A stretch of 32,764 nucleotides of DNA, from positions 1-32,764 of the forward strand of contig CAZTAI010000002.1 of assembly GCA_964611555.1 (NCBI GenBank). The letters are read 5' to 3'. The position numbers were made by a program, and so were the translations under genes. Below, one piece after another: positions 1 to 8,852 of this stretch. The number at the start of each line of letters is the position of its first letter. Position 1 is the first letter of the stretch. A model generated the notes under the pieces. The model was not told the origin of the DNA. It saw only the letters and a list, made by a program, of their open reading frames with translations, and ran no database searches. The DNA comes from an uncultured Chloroflexota bacterium (GTDB lineage: Bacteria > Chloroflexota > Limnocylindria > P2-11E).

Positions 1-346
1 GGCGATGGAGGATCCGCCAGATCCCCGACGGGCTGAGCTCGATGTCGTGATAGCGATTGAGGTACATCGCGATCTTGTGCGGCCCGAAGTGGTAGGTCTG
101 CCGCAGGTAGATGATCTTGCCGACCACCTCGTCGCGAGTGGCCGTCGGTCTCACGTGCGGTCTCGAGGACCGGTCTCGTAGGGCGTCGAGGCCGCCTTCC
201 TCGTAGCGTCGGAGCCACTTGTAGTAGACCTGCCGGCTGATCCCCTAGTAGCGGCATGTCTTCGAGACGTTGCCGGTCAGCTCCTGGGCATGGCGGATGA
301 TCGCCAGTCGGTGCGCGGCGTGCCGGTCCCTCTCACGCTGGGTCAT
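1..346 (-). pseudogene. IS481-family DDE transposase, 5' part (N-terminal HTH region); gene runs off the window edge; in-frame TAG at codon 34
   Basis: Manual minus-strand translation from ATG 344-346, with AGGAGG 4 nt upstream. It reads MTQRERDRHAAHRLAIIRHAQELTGNVSKTCRY*GISRQVYYKWLRRYEEGGLDALRDRSSRPHVRPTATRDEVVGKIIYLRQTYHFGPHKIAMYLNRYHDIELSPSGIWRILHR. The stretches GISRQ.YYKW.RRY...G...L.DRSRRP and YLRQ.YHFGP.KIA are the typical N-terminus of IS481-type transposases. The stop is cta at 245-247 on the + strand. The gene is absent from the ORF track because this stop splits it. Confidence 0.75.
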
Positions 347-408
347 CGGTCCTCCTCTCGGCGAGTGGACCCGATGTGTACACCATGTCCGTCAGTTCTT
401 TACCTAGG
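1..408 (-). mobile_element. One end of an IS481-family insertion sequence (boundary tentative)
   Basis: The transposase start lies at 346. CCTAGG at 403-408 contains CTAG, the known preferred target and duplication site of IS481 (NCTAGN), 57 nt upstream of the ATG. The other end lies outside the window, so no inverted-repeat pair can be compared. Confidence 0.4.
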
Positions 409-569
409 TATGTTTGACCGTTCATGAACCAGGTCCGCGCCGGCCTCGTGACTCCGTCGATCCGTTGGGACGCAAGTGCCCCCAGCGTGACCTCGGAGAC
501 GGCGTCGGCGCGATACTCGCCTGCAAGGACCCGAGCCTCGCCCAGCGCCTGCGGCCCTTAGTGCGACCA

Positions 570-1634
570 TCACTGCTCGACTGTTCCGTCACGGGCGATT
601 CTCGCGACGCCCTCGCCCTCGTAGGCGACTGCCACGAGCCGCGTGTCGACGGTCTGGCCGGGACCGAGGACGAGGGCGGACCCGTTCTTGACGGCGTTGG
701 CCGTCCCTGCCGGCGGCCACCCTGCGAACGGTTCGAGCGCGACGTTGTACGTTCGGCCGTACCAGGGGTAATCGTTGTGACCGCCGTATACCTGCCACAT
801 CCAGAGGCACGGAAAGACGCCGACGTCCCAGCTCATCCCGAAGCCCACCGAGAGCCGACGGTTTGTGATTCCGTACCAGCCTTCCGACAGCCCCCAGAAC
901 GACAGGACGTCGACGGACCTCGTGTCACGAGATCGCACCAGGGTCACGTCCTCCAAGCTCCCCGAGCGACGGTTCATGACCAGTGGATATCCGTGATCGC
1001 CCGGTTCCCACAGGCCGTTTGCGTGGTACGCGAGAACGCGGGTCGAATCCGCCGGTGCGTGGAGAATGCAGCTGTCGTCGAGGAACGGTTCCCCAAGGGC
1101 CGGATGGTGACCCCACATGACAGCGTACGGGTCGACGGAGTCGTTCGTCAGCCGCTCGTCCAGGACAAGCGCGGCGCGACCGCGCGTCAGGGTCATACGG
1201 CGCTCGAGGGTGAGTGGGCTGCGGTAGAGGCGCGTGCGCACGTGAAGCGTCACCTCGTCGGGCGAGTCCTCGACGATCGACGCCTCGAATGGCAGCAGCG
1301 AGACCTCGCCGTGGAGACCCTGGTAGGTCCCAAGGTAGGTCTCCGACGCCCATCCGGCCGACGGGAGCACCTCCTGCCAGCCACCGTAGTAATAGTCATG
1401 GAATGCCCCCTCCGGGAGCGCGCTGGTCGCGACGAAGGGGCGCCGAAGGGGGATCGGCGACTGCCACATGACGTCCAGATCACGGGGCTTGTACGTGAAC
1501 TCAAAGATGTCCGCGCCCTTGTCGAGAAGCACGCCGACCCGCAGTAGCTCGTTCTCGAGGAACGCGACCCGCATGCCCCGATACGTGTAGTCGAGCGAGA
1601 CCCGACAAGCCGTCTTGCGTCCGTGTGTGTACAT
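570..1634 (-). CDS. Aldose 1-epimerase-like / DUF4432-type protein (galactose-mutarotase fold)
   Basis: 354-aa ORF with GGAGG 4 nt upstream of ATG 1632-1634. It is the last gene of the sugar ABC operon. The sequence (GGWQEVLPSAGW, LHGEVSLLPF, VMWGHHPALG, YNVALEPF) reads like mutarotase-like proteins that often terminate sugar-transport operons. The family call is from memory, not from a search. Confidence 0.65.
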   Translation of the reverse strand: MYTHGRKTACRVSLDYTYRGMRVAFLENELLRVGVLLDKGADIFEFTYKPRDLDVMWQSPIPLRRPFVATSALPEGAFHDYYYGGWQEVLPSAGWASETYLGTYQGLHGEVSLLPFEASIVEDSPDEVTLHVRTRLYRSPLTLERRMTLTRGRAALVLDERLTNDSVDPYAVMWGHHPALGEPFLDDSCILHAPADSTRVLAYHANGLWEPGDHGYPLVMNRRSGSLEDVTLVRSRDTRSVDVLSFWGLSEGWYGITNRRLSVGFGMSWDVGVFPCLWMWQVYGGHNDYPWYGRTYNVALEPFAGWPPAGTANAVKNGSALVLGPGQTVDTRLVAVAYEGEGVARIARDGTVEQ

Positions 1635-1662
1635 GTCGCCTCCGCTTCGGCTGGTTCGCAGT

Positions 1663-2706
1663 TTAGTCGGGCCGTTCTGTCACACCTGAGCCGTCGGCCG
1701 TCCCTGGCTGCGTGCCGGAGAGCCCAGCCGCGGGCGGTCGCCGCAGGAGGCGACCGGTGAGCCTCGTCATCTCACCCCGCCACGAGTCGAACCCGACCGC
1801 GAGCGCGATGATCACGCCGAGCGTGATCAGCTGCCACGAGGTCGGAACCGCGTTGAGGTTGAGGCCGTTCTGCACGACCACGATGGTCAGCGCCCCGATG
1901 AGGGTCGCGAGGACGTTGCCGGATCCGCCTGCGAGGCTCGCCCCACCGATGACCGCGGCGCCGATCGCCTGCAGCTCCATCCCCTGCCCGTAGTTCGGCG
2001 AGCCGGAGTCGAGCCGAGCCGCCATCAGGACGCTCGCGATTCCGGCGGTCGTCCCCGCCAGCGTGAAGGCGACCATCCGCACGCGCCGTACGTTGATGCC
2101 GGAGTACCGGGCTGCGGACTCATTCCCCCCCACGGCGTAGATCGCCCGTCCGGGCGCGGTGTGATTGAGGAAGACGTAGGCGAGCGCGAAGCAGCCGAGA
2201 ACATAGAAGATTGGCAGCGGGATCTCGAGGAAGGTGCCGTAGAAGATGAGCTCGAGATCGGGCGACACCGAGAAGATCGGGGCCCCGTTGTTGTAGAGGA
2301 ACGACCAGCCCTTGAAGACACTCAGGGTGGCCAGCGTGACGATGAAGGAAGGGATGCGGCCGTAGGCGACCAGGAGTCCGTTGATCGCGCCGAGGCCCGA
2401 GCCGATCAGGATCGTCAGGACGATCGCGAGAGCGAGAGGCAGATGGCTCTCCGTGATCAACAGAGCCATCAGCATCGTCAGCAGCGCGATCATCGAGCCC
2501 GGAGACAGATCGATCCCTCCAGTCAGGATGACGATCGTCGACCCGATCGCCATGATCGCGACGATGGTGACCTGGAGCGCGACGTTCTGGAGGTTCTGGG
2601 TGTCGAGGAAGCGGTCGGTCGTGAGACTCACCACCGCGGACGCGAGGAGCAGGGCAGCGAGCGGCGCGATGAGCGACGCAGGGAGCAACCGCCGAAGCGA
2701 GTTCAT
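1663..2706 (-). CDS. Sugar ABC transporter permease (RbsC/AraH-type, CUT2 class)
   Basis: 347-aa polytopic hydrophobic ORF with typical RbsC-like strings (GGIDLSPGSMIAL, VAYGRIPSFIVTLATL, AVGGNESAARYSGINV). ATGA overlap with the upstream ATPase gene at 2703-2706. Confidence 0.9.
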   Translation of the reverse strand: MNSLRRLLPASLIAPLAALLLASAVVSLTTDRFLDTQNLQNVALQVTIVAIMAIGSTIVILTGGIDLSPGSMIALLTMLMALLITESHLPLALAIVLTILIGSGLGAINGLLVAYGRIPSFIVTLATLSVFKGWSFLYNNGAPIFSVSPDLELIFYGTFLEIPLPIFYVLGCFALAYVFLNHTAPGRAIYAVGGNESAARYSGINVRRVRMVAFTLAGTTAGIASVLMAARLDSGSPNYGQGMELQAIGAAVIGGASLAGGSGNVLATLIGALTIVVVQNGLNLNAVPTSWQLITLGVIIALAVGFDSWRGEMTRLTGRLLRRPPAAGLSGTQPGTADGSGVTERPD

Positions 2707-4205
2707 GCCGCGGATCCCGACGCCAGGGCGATGAGTGAGACGTCCGTCAGGCGGTTTGCCGGCTCGATCGCGACGATCCGGCCGTCCCGCACGATCCCGA
2801 CCCGATCGCTCATTGCGAGCAGCTCCGGGTAGTCGGAGCTGATCAGAAGAATGGCCACACCCTGCGAGGTCAGCGCGTTCATCAGGCGGTAGACCTCGAT
2901 CTTGGCGCCGATGTCGATCCCTCGAGTGGGCTCGTCAAGGATCAACAGCGTCGAGCCCGAATGGACCCAGCGGGCGATCACGCACTTCTGCTGGTTACCC
3001 CCCGACAAGAGCTCAACGCTCATCGTCTCCGCGGCGGGGGTGATTCGGAGCCTGCGCAGGTACTCGCGGCCTATCCTGCGCTCCCGTTCGTGGCTCAGGA
3101 ACGGGCCCTGGAGCAGCGCACTCATCCTTGAGACGGTGATGTTCGGAATCCCGGTGAAGTTGAAGAAGAGGCCGTCAGCCTTGCGGTCCTCGGTCACCAG
3201 GCCGACACCGGCGGCGATCGCATCCCGGGGGGACCGGAAACGCACGCTTGTGCCGTTCAATCGGATCGTCCCCGCCGTGACCGGATCGACGCCGAACAAC
3301 GCTCGCGCGATCTCCGTCCGGCCTGACCCGATCATCCCGCCGAGCCCGAATACTTCTCCGCGTCGAACCGAGAACGTGGCCCCGTTCACACCGCCGGCGC
3401 TACCGAGGTCATGCACCTCGAGGAGCGGCTCGTCCGAGGCGTGAGGCTCCTTCGGAAAGTGCTCCTTCAGCTCCTCGCCGAGCATCAGTCGGACGACACC
3501 GCCGAGATCGAACTGCGAGGACGGCCCGGTCGCGACCAGCCGACCGTCCTTGAAGACCGTAATCCGGTCGGTCTGGTCGAGGAACTCCCTGAGCCGATGC
3601 GAGATGTAGACGACCGCCGTCCCGCGCGCCGCGAGCCGGTGGACGAGGTCGTGAAGACGGTCGACCTCGGGGAGGTCGAGGGCGGCGGTCGGCTCGTCGA
3701 GAATGAGGAGCCTCGCCTCGGTGGACACGGCCTTGGCGATCTCGACGAGCTGCTGCTCCGCCACGGACAGGGAACCGACCAGCGCGTCCGGGTCGACCTT
3801 GATGCCGAGCCCATCGAGGAGCTCGACGGCGCGGCGCCGCATCGTGTGCCAGTCGACGCGAACGCCACTTCGCGGCAGGCGACCCAGGAAGACGTTCTCC
3901 GCGACCGACAAGCTCCTGACGAGCGAGAACTCCTGGTAGATCACTGACACTCCGTGGCGTCGGGCCGCCATGGGATCCTGCAGGCGGACCGGGGCGCCGT
4001 CGAGGAGGATCTCGCCCGAGTCCGGTTGGTAGACCCCGGCAAGGATCTTGGCGAATGTCGACTTCCCGCTACCGTTCTCTCCGATCAGGGCATGGATCTC
4101 CCCAGCGTAGATGTCGAGGGAGACGTCATCGAGCGCGCGCACGCCCGGAAACGTCTTCGACAGGTTTCGGACCGCCCACGGCGGCCCGAAACCAGCCTCG
4201 CTCAC
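2703..4205 (-). CDS. Sugar ABC transporter ATP-binding protein with tandem ATPase domains (RbsA/MglA-type)
   Basis: 500 aa. Walker A GENGSGKST, signature LSVAEQQLVEIAKA, Walker B LLILDEPTAAL, and a second degenerate cassette (LSGGNQQK, LLILDEPTRGID). GTG start at 4203-4205 with GGGAGG 6 nt upstream. Confidence 0.92.
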   Translation of the reverse strand: MSEAGFGPPWAVRNLSKTFPGVRALDDVSLDIYAGEIHALIGENGSGKSTFAKILAGVYQPDSGEILLDGAPVRLQDPMAARRHGVSVIYQEFSLVRSLSVAENVFLGRLPRSGVRVDWHTMRRRAVELLDGLGIKVDPDALVGSLSVAEQQLVEIAKAVSTEARLLILDEPTAALDLPEVDRLHDLVHRLAARGTAVVYISHRLREFLDQTDRITVFKDGRLVATGPSSQFDLGGVVRLMLGEELKEHFPKEPHASDEPLLEVHDLGSAGGVNGATFSVRRGEVFGLGGMIGSGRTEIARALFGVDPVTAGTIRLNGTSVRFRSPRDAIAAGVGLVTEDRKADGLFFNFTGIPNITVSRMSALLQGPFLSHERERRIGREYLRRLRITPAAETMSVELLSGGNQQKCVIARWVHSGSTLLILDEPTRGIDIGAKIEVYRLMNALTSQGVAILLISSDYPELLAMSDRVGIVRDGRIVAIEPANRLTDVSLIALASGSAA

Positions 4206-4227
4206 GGAACGCCTCCCGCCTGAACGA

Positions 4228-5340
4228 TCAGGGGCAGGTGTAGGTCTTCTGCGGCTTCGGGAACAGCTTCTCGGGATGGCACAGGATGCTCGCCGCGTTC
4301 TTCACGTCGACGATCCTTGTCGGCGTCTCCACGTAGCCGCCCCCGAACTTGCCGTTCAGGCAGTCGACGGTCACCTGCAGCGCCTGCTCGCCCATCACGA
4401 ACGGGGTCGTGTCCACGGTGGCAATCACCTCGCCTGCCGCGATCGGCTCGAGTCCGGCGTTCGTGTCTCCATCGTTGCCGTACAGGACGAGGCCGGTCTT
4501 GCCAAGCGCTTTGGCCGCCTTCGCGGCTCCCGAGATCATGTAGTCGTTCGCCGCGAACACCACCTCGATGTCCGGGTGGGCCGTGAGCATGTCCGTGGCG
4601 GCCTTGTTGCCGCCGTCCACGTTCCACTGGCCGTCGACGCTCGCCACGACGGTGAAGCTCGCGTTGCCCTCGATCGCGTCGAGGAAGCCGCCGACTCGCT
4701 CTGTCGAGTGGTACCCGGGCTGACCCTCGATGATGCCGACGTTCACCGCTTTGCCGGCCAGCGCCGCGATCGCGTACTCGCCCAGCTTCTTCGTTCCGGC
4801 GCGCTGCTTGTACCCGACGACGCCCTGGACGGCCGTTGGGAACTTGGCGATGTCGGAGTTGACGATGACGATCGCGATGCCCTGATCGACGGCCCGCTTG
4901 ACGAGTGGCCCTGCAGCGCCCTCGTCGTGGGTCGACAGGATGATTGCATCGACCTTCTGGCTGATCACATCCTGGATCATGCCCATCTGACCGTTGATGT
5001 CGGCCCCGCTCTGGGGGGCGAGCATGAAGGTCTCGGCGCCGAGCGTCGCGGCGTGCGACTTGATCCCCTCGCCGATCGCCATGTAGTACGGGAATTCGGT
5101 GGCGGGCGGCATGTAGGCGATCCTGGGCTTCGCCCCGGCCTTGTAGGTCAGGCCGGAACACGGTGCCTGCGACCCCTCTGCGAGCGGAGCGGGGGCCGCG
5201 TACGCGACGGCCGCGCCCCCGGCGCTCGCAGACGGGCTGGCCGGCGCGCCAGCGCCCGTACAGGCCGCCGCCCCTAGCGCGGCCGCGATCGATGCTGCAA
5301 TCAGCTGGCGCCACCCGGCGCGCCTCACCCGGACGTCCAT
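4228..5340 (-). CDS. Sugar ABC transporter substrate-binding lipoprotein (RbsB-like periplasmic-binding fold)
   Basis: 370 aa. N-terminal signal with a lipobox-like AAAC. The body resembles ribose/monosaccharide binding proteins (VDAIILSTHD, IVIVNSDI, VVFAANDYM). AAGGAGAGGAG lies upstream of ATG 5338-5340. Confidence 0.85.
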   Translation of the reverse strand: MDVRVRRAGWRQLIAASIAAALGAAACTGAGAPASPSASAGGAAVAYAAPAPLAEGSQAPCSGLTYKAGAKPRIAYMPPATEFPYYMAIGEGIKSHAATLGAETFMLAPQSGADINGQMGMIQDVISQKVDAIILSTHDEGAAGPLVKRAVDQGIAIVIVNSDIAKFPTAVQGVVGYKQRAGTKKLGEYAIAALAGKAVNVGIIEGQPGYHSTERVGGFLDAIEGNASFTVVASVDGQWNVDGGNKAATDMLTAHPDIEVVFAANDYMISGAAKAAKALGKTGLVLYGNDGDTNAGLEPIAAGEVIATVDTTPFVMGEQALQVTVDCLNGKFGGGYVETPTRIVDVKNAASILCHPEKLFPKPQKTYTCP

Positions 5341-5392
5341 CGTTCTACTCCTCTCCTTTTCCGTCCTGCACTGCGTCGGTGTGGCCGGCGGC

Positions 5393-6274
5393 CTACTCCG
5401 ACCAGGTCTCGAGCTGCGCCGTCATTCCGTTGTCGACGAACACGAGCGATCCGGTCATGTACGAGGCATCAGGGCTAGCCAGGAAGACCGCCACGCGCGC
5501 GATCTCTTCCGGCCGGCCGAGCCGACCGAGCAGCTGGCGCCCCTCGACCTGACGACGAGCGGCGTCGGGGTCCGGCGACCCGGCGAAGATCCCCCGGATC
5601 AACGGCGTGTCGACCCAGCCAGGGCAGATCGCATTGACCCGGACCCCCTCCTTCGCGAGGTCGATCGCGGCCGCGCGCGTGAGCGCGGCGACGCCTCCTT
5701 TCGACGCGGCGTAGGGGGCGGTACCCCCAACGTTCTGGACCGAATGAACCGACGCGATATTGACGATCGAGCCGTTCGTCGATCGAGCGAGGTGCGGCGC
5801 CGCGTGCTTGATGCCGAGGAACGGCCCGCGCAGGTTGACGGCGAGGGCACGGTCGAACTCCTCGACCGACGCCTCGGTGACCGATCGGTAGATGCCAACC
5901 GCCGCGTTGTTGATCAGCGTGTCGAGACCACCGAAGCTGGTCACCGCAGTCTCGATCGCTCTGATCACGGCATCCTCACGTGACACATCACAGTGCACGA
6001 AGATCGCCTGCCCACCCAACTCACGGAGCCCTCGCTCGGCAGCCTTGCCCCCGTCGTCGTCGACGTCCGCGAGGACCACAGCGGCTCCTTCGCGAACGAA
6101 CTCCTGGGCGATCGCCTGGCCTATCCCGACGGCCCCCCCGGTGACGAGTGCGACGCGGTCCTGAAGACGAATCGGGTACCTCCTTCTCGACTCAGATGGC
6201 TTGTGCGAGGGCACCCGGTACGTATCCCAGCCCCATGGAGACGCGATCGGCGTGGCTCCGTACGAGTGGGGCAA
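5393..6274 (-). CDS. Classical short-chain dehydrogenase/reductase (SDR)
   Basis: Rossmann motif VTGGAVGIG, NNAA, and the catalytic S...YAASK motif. Coordinates are the maximal ORF, which starts at TTG 6272-6274, has no SD and overlaps the upstream iclR by 83 nt. A shorter start at ATT 6170-6172 behind a perfect AAGGAGG is discussed in the findings. Confidence 0.85.
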   Translation of the reverse strand: MPHSYGATPIASPWGWDTYRVPSHKPSESRRRYPIRLQDRVALVTGGAVGIGQAIAQEFVREGAAVVLADVDDDGGKAAERGLRELGGQAIFVHCDVSREDAVIRAIETAVTSFGGLDTLINNAAVGIYRSVTEASVEEFDRALAVNLRGPFLGIKHAAPHLARSTNGSIVNIASVHSVQNVGGTAPYAASKGGVAALTRAAAIDLAKEGVRVNAICPGWVDTPLIRGIFAGSPDPDAARRQVEGRQLLGRLGRPEEIARVAVFLASPDASYMTGSLVFVDNGMTAQLETWSE

Positions 6275-7013
6275 GGGCTGTCATTCGTTCGCGGCTCATC
6301 CGGGTCGCCGGCGCCGTGAGACTCATCGCCGCGATCACGGCACCGGCGTGGTCACGGATGGGGGAGGCGACGCAGCGGATCTCCGGCTCGTGCTCGCCGT
6401 CGTCGGTGGCGTAGCCCCGCTCGCGGATGAGCTCGAGATCGCGTTCCAGGGCGTCGATGGTCGTGATCGTCGTCCGGGTGAACTCCCGGAGTCCTCGCGC
6501 CTGGATGACCTGTCGCAAGCTCTCGGCAGGCAGGTACGCGAGGAGCGCCTTGCCCACTGCTGTGCAGTGCGCCGGGGCACGCTTGCCGACGGCCGAGTAC
6601 ATCCGGATCGTCTGGGCGGACTCGACCTTGTCGATATAGACCACCTCCCCCTCATCGAGGATCCCGAGATGGACCGTTTCGTCCGTCTCCCGGGAGAGCT
6701 GGCGGATCTCGGGGAGCGCCTCGGGCCGCACGTCAAGGCTGCGAGCCACCTCGTTCGACAGCTCGAAGAGCTTCAGGCCGGCTCGGTACTCCTTTGTGGC
6801 GGGGTCCTGAGCCACGAGGCCGTGGTCGATCAGGGTGCTCAGGAGCCGGTGTGCGGTGGGCCGCACGAGTCCGGCCTGCGCCGCCGCCTGGCCGAGGGTG
6901 ATGGGGCGACCGGAGCGGCACACGAGCTCGAGCAGCGAGAGCGCCCGTGAAACGGCCTGGACCGGAGATGCCCCTTCGGACCAGCCATTACGCATCGTGG
7001 AATGCGATGTCAT
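6192..7013 (-). CDS. IclR-family transcriptional regulator (KdgR-like)
   Basis: 273 aa. N-terminal wHTH (VSRALSLLELV...ITLGQAAAQAGLVRPTAHRLLSTL) and a C-terminal IclR effector domain (VHLGILDEGEVVYIDKVES, PAHCTAVGKALLA, GYATDDGEHEPEIRCVASPI). Alternative start at Met7 (ATG 6993-6995). Confidence 0.9.
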   Translation of the reverse strand: MTSHSTMRNGWSEGASPVQAVSRALSLLELVCRSGRPITLGQAAAQAGLVRPTAHRLLSTLIDHGLVAQDPATKEYRAGLKLFELSNEVARSLDVRPEALPEIRQLSRETDETVHLGILDEGEVVYIDKVESAQTIRMYSAVGKRAPAHCTAVGKALLAYLPAESLRQVIQARGLREFTRTTITTIDALERDLELIRERGYATDDGEHEPEIRCVASPIRDHAGAVIAAMSLTAPATRMSRERMTALAPLVRSHADRVSMGLGYVPGALAQAI

Positions 7014-7064
7014 CCTGGCGGAGTAATATCACGTCCAGATGGTCCCATACAAGATCATTTTACG

Positions 7065-7094
7065 TTGACACTCGGGACCGAACCACCCTAGGGT
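7065..7094 (+). promoter_or_regulatory. Candidate sigma-A type promoter for the RraA-family/kdgK/amidohydrolase/eda operon
   Basis: TTGACA (7065-7070), 18-nt spacer, TAGGGT (7089-7094, fits TAnnnT), about 40 nt upstream of ATG 7135. It sits in the relatively AT-rich divergent intergenic region 7014-7134. Confidence 0.45.
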
Positions 7095-7134
7095 TCAGTA
7101 TGGCGTTCCACGATACGAAATCGTAGAGGACCTG

Positions 7135-7809
7135 ATGCGGCGGATCATCAACCAGGCCGAGCGACCCGACCCCGCCGTCCTCGATGGCTACCGCGAACTC
7201 CTGGCTCGCTACAGCCCGAGCTGCATCGTGAGCGATGTGATGGAGCGAGCTCGAACGCTTCACAGCGCCATCAAGCCGATCGCAAGGACGCGATTCGTCG
7301 GGAGTGCGTTGACCGTCCGCCTCTACCCCGGGGATCTCGTCGACTGCCTCGCGGCGCTCGAAGTGGCCGAGCCTGGAGATGTCATCGTGGTCGACGCCGC
7401 GGGCGAGACAGAGACCTCGGTCTGGGGCGGCTTGATGGCCGGCCTCTGCCTCAAGAAGGGCGTCGCCGGGGCGGTGGTCGACGGCGCGATCCGCGACGTG
7501 GACGAGATCCGCGACCTCGGCTTCGCGATCTTCTCGAGGGCTATCGTGCCGCGATCGACCCACTCCCCGTATTCCTTGCGCCTGGAACCCATCGAGATCA
7601 ACGTCCCCATCAGCTGTGGGGGGACGATCGTCGAGCCGGGGGATGTCATCCTCGCCGACGAGATCGGGGTGGTCGCCGTGCCGAGCGGCGAGGCGAAGGA
7701 CGTGCTCGAGCTGGCCATCGCGCAGGCAGAGCGCGAGGAAGCCACGCGCCGCCTGATCGCGGAGGGGAGATCAGTCGACGAGCTACTGGCCGAGTTCGGT
7801 CGGCTCTAG
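7135..7809 (+). CDS. RraA-family protein (RraA / HMG-CHA aldolase / oxaloacetate decarboxylase fold)
   Basis: 224 aa. Family-typical core VWGGLMAGLCLKKGVAGAVVDGAIRDVDEIRDLGFAIFSR followed by GDVILADEIGVVAVP. Confidence 0.8.
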   Translation: MRRIINQAERPDPAVLDGYRELLARYSPSCIVSDVMERARTLHSAIKPIARTRFVGSALTVRLYPGDLVDCLAALEVAEPGDVIVVDAAGETETSVWGGLMAGLCLKKGVAGAVVDGAIRDVDEIRDLGFAIFSRAIVPRSTHSPYSLRLEPIEINVPISCGGTIVEPGDVILADEIGVVAVPSGEAKDVLELAIAQAEREEATRRLIAEGRSVDELLAEFGRL

Positions 7810-7838
7810 GAAAACCCGCCGCAACGCGGAGAACACGC

Positions 7839-8804
7839 ATGACCGAACCGGGACTGGACCTGGTGGCCATCGGCGAGACGATGGTCCGTCTCATGGCCGA
7901 GCCCGGCACGACGCTCGAGCGCGCGTCGAGCCTTCGAGTCGAGGTCGCGGGCGCGGAGTCAAATGTCGCCATCGGCCTGGCCCGGCTCGGCCACCGCACC
8001 GCCTGGATGTCGCGACTGCCCGGCACCGCCCTCGGCAGGCTGGTCGCGAACCGCATCCGGGAGCACGGTGTCGATGTCTCCCGGATCAGGTGGGCCGATG
8101 GCGACGAGCGGGTCGGGCTCTACTTCTGGGAGGATGAAACTCCGCCGAGGGCCGGACGCGTGCTGTACGACCGCACCGGATCCGCCTTCTCAGTCGCCCG
8201 GCCGGATGACATCGACTGGGACTTTGCGCGGCTCGCGAGGCGGATGCACCTCACAGGGATCAGCGCCGCGCTTGGCCCCTCCGTGCGGCAGCTCCTTGAA
8301 CGGGCCGTTACAGTCGCCGAGGAGTCCCACATCGACGTGGTGTTCGACGTCAACTATCGCGCGGCGCTCTGGACCGCCTCCGAAGCGGCAGAGGTCGTGG
8401 CGCGGATCGTCCCGCACGCCGCGATCGTCTTCTGCTCGAGTCGGGACGCCGCCGCGTTGTTCGGTATGGACGTTCCACCAGAGGACCAGGCCATCGGCTT
8501 GGCCGAGCGATTCGACACACCGCTCGTCGTGGTGACCTGCGGGACTGACGGTGCGGTCGCGTGGGACGGGTCGCTTCACCGAGCCGCCGCCATCCCCACA
8601 GTGATCGTGGATCCGGTCGGACGAGGCGACGCCTTCGTTGCGGGCTTCATCCACGGCCTGGACGGCGGCGACGTCGACCACGCGCTCCGCTGTGGCGTCG
8701 CCCTTGCAGCGCTCAAGCAGACATATCGCGGTGACGTGTCGTGGGCGACACGCGGCGACCTCGAGGCAGTCGTGCGGAACGAGGCGGTTCGGATCGAGCG
8801 ATAG
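7839..8804 (+). CDS. kdgK: PfkB-family sugar kinase, 2-dehydro-3-deoxygluconokinase-like
   Basis: 321 aa. N-terminal GAESNVAIGLARLGH and C-terminal DPVGRGDAFVAGFI (PfkB signature 2), as in KdgK proteins. Located next to eda. Confidence 0.75.
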   Translation: MTEPGLDLVAIGETMVRLMAEPGTTLERASSLRVEVAGAESNVAIGLARLGHRTAWMSRLPGTALGRLVANRIREHGVDVSRIRWADGDERVGLYFWEDETPPRAGRVLYDRTGSAFSVARPDDIDWDFARLARRMHLTGISAALGPSVRQLLERAVTVAEESHIDVVFDVNYRAALWTASEAAEVVARIVPHAAIVFCSSRDAAALFGMDVPPEDQAIGLAERFDTPLVVVTCGTDGAVAWDGSLHRAAAIPTVIVDPVGRGDAFVAGFIHGLDGGDVDHALRCGVALAALKQTYRGDVSWATRGDLEAVVRNEAVRIER

Positions 8805-8852
8805 CGTGCACACGGGCGCGTCCAGGACACAGGAAGGGAGTAGAGGGAACAG

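Noticed and set aside
347-569. Open minus-strand frame (GPQALGEARVLAGEYRADAVSEVTLGALASQRIDG...) between the mutarotase-like gene and the IS
   Set aside because: It has no start codon, no SD and no family resemblance, and it partly overlaps the putative IS end. It is probably non-coding flank.
414-1547. 377-aa plus-strand ORF opposite the mutarotase-like gene. Similar shadow ORFs occur at 4111..5277, 4202..5314, 8190..9491, 15478..16698, 21456..22226, 22946..23884 and 25518..26609.
   Set aside because: All overlap better-supported genes in another frame or strand, lack SD sites and recognisable domains, and show antisense-type amino-acid composition.
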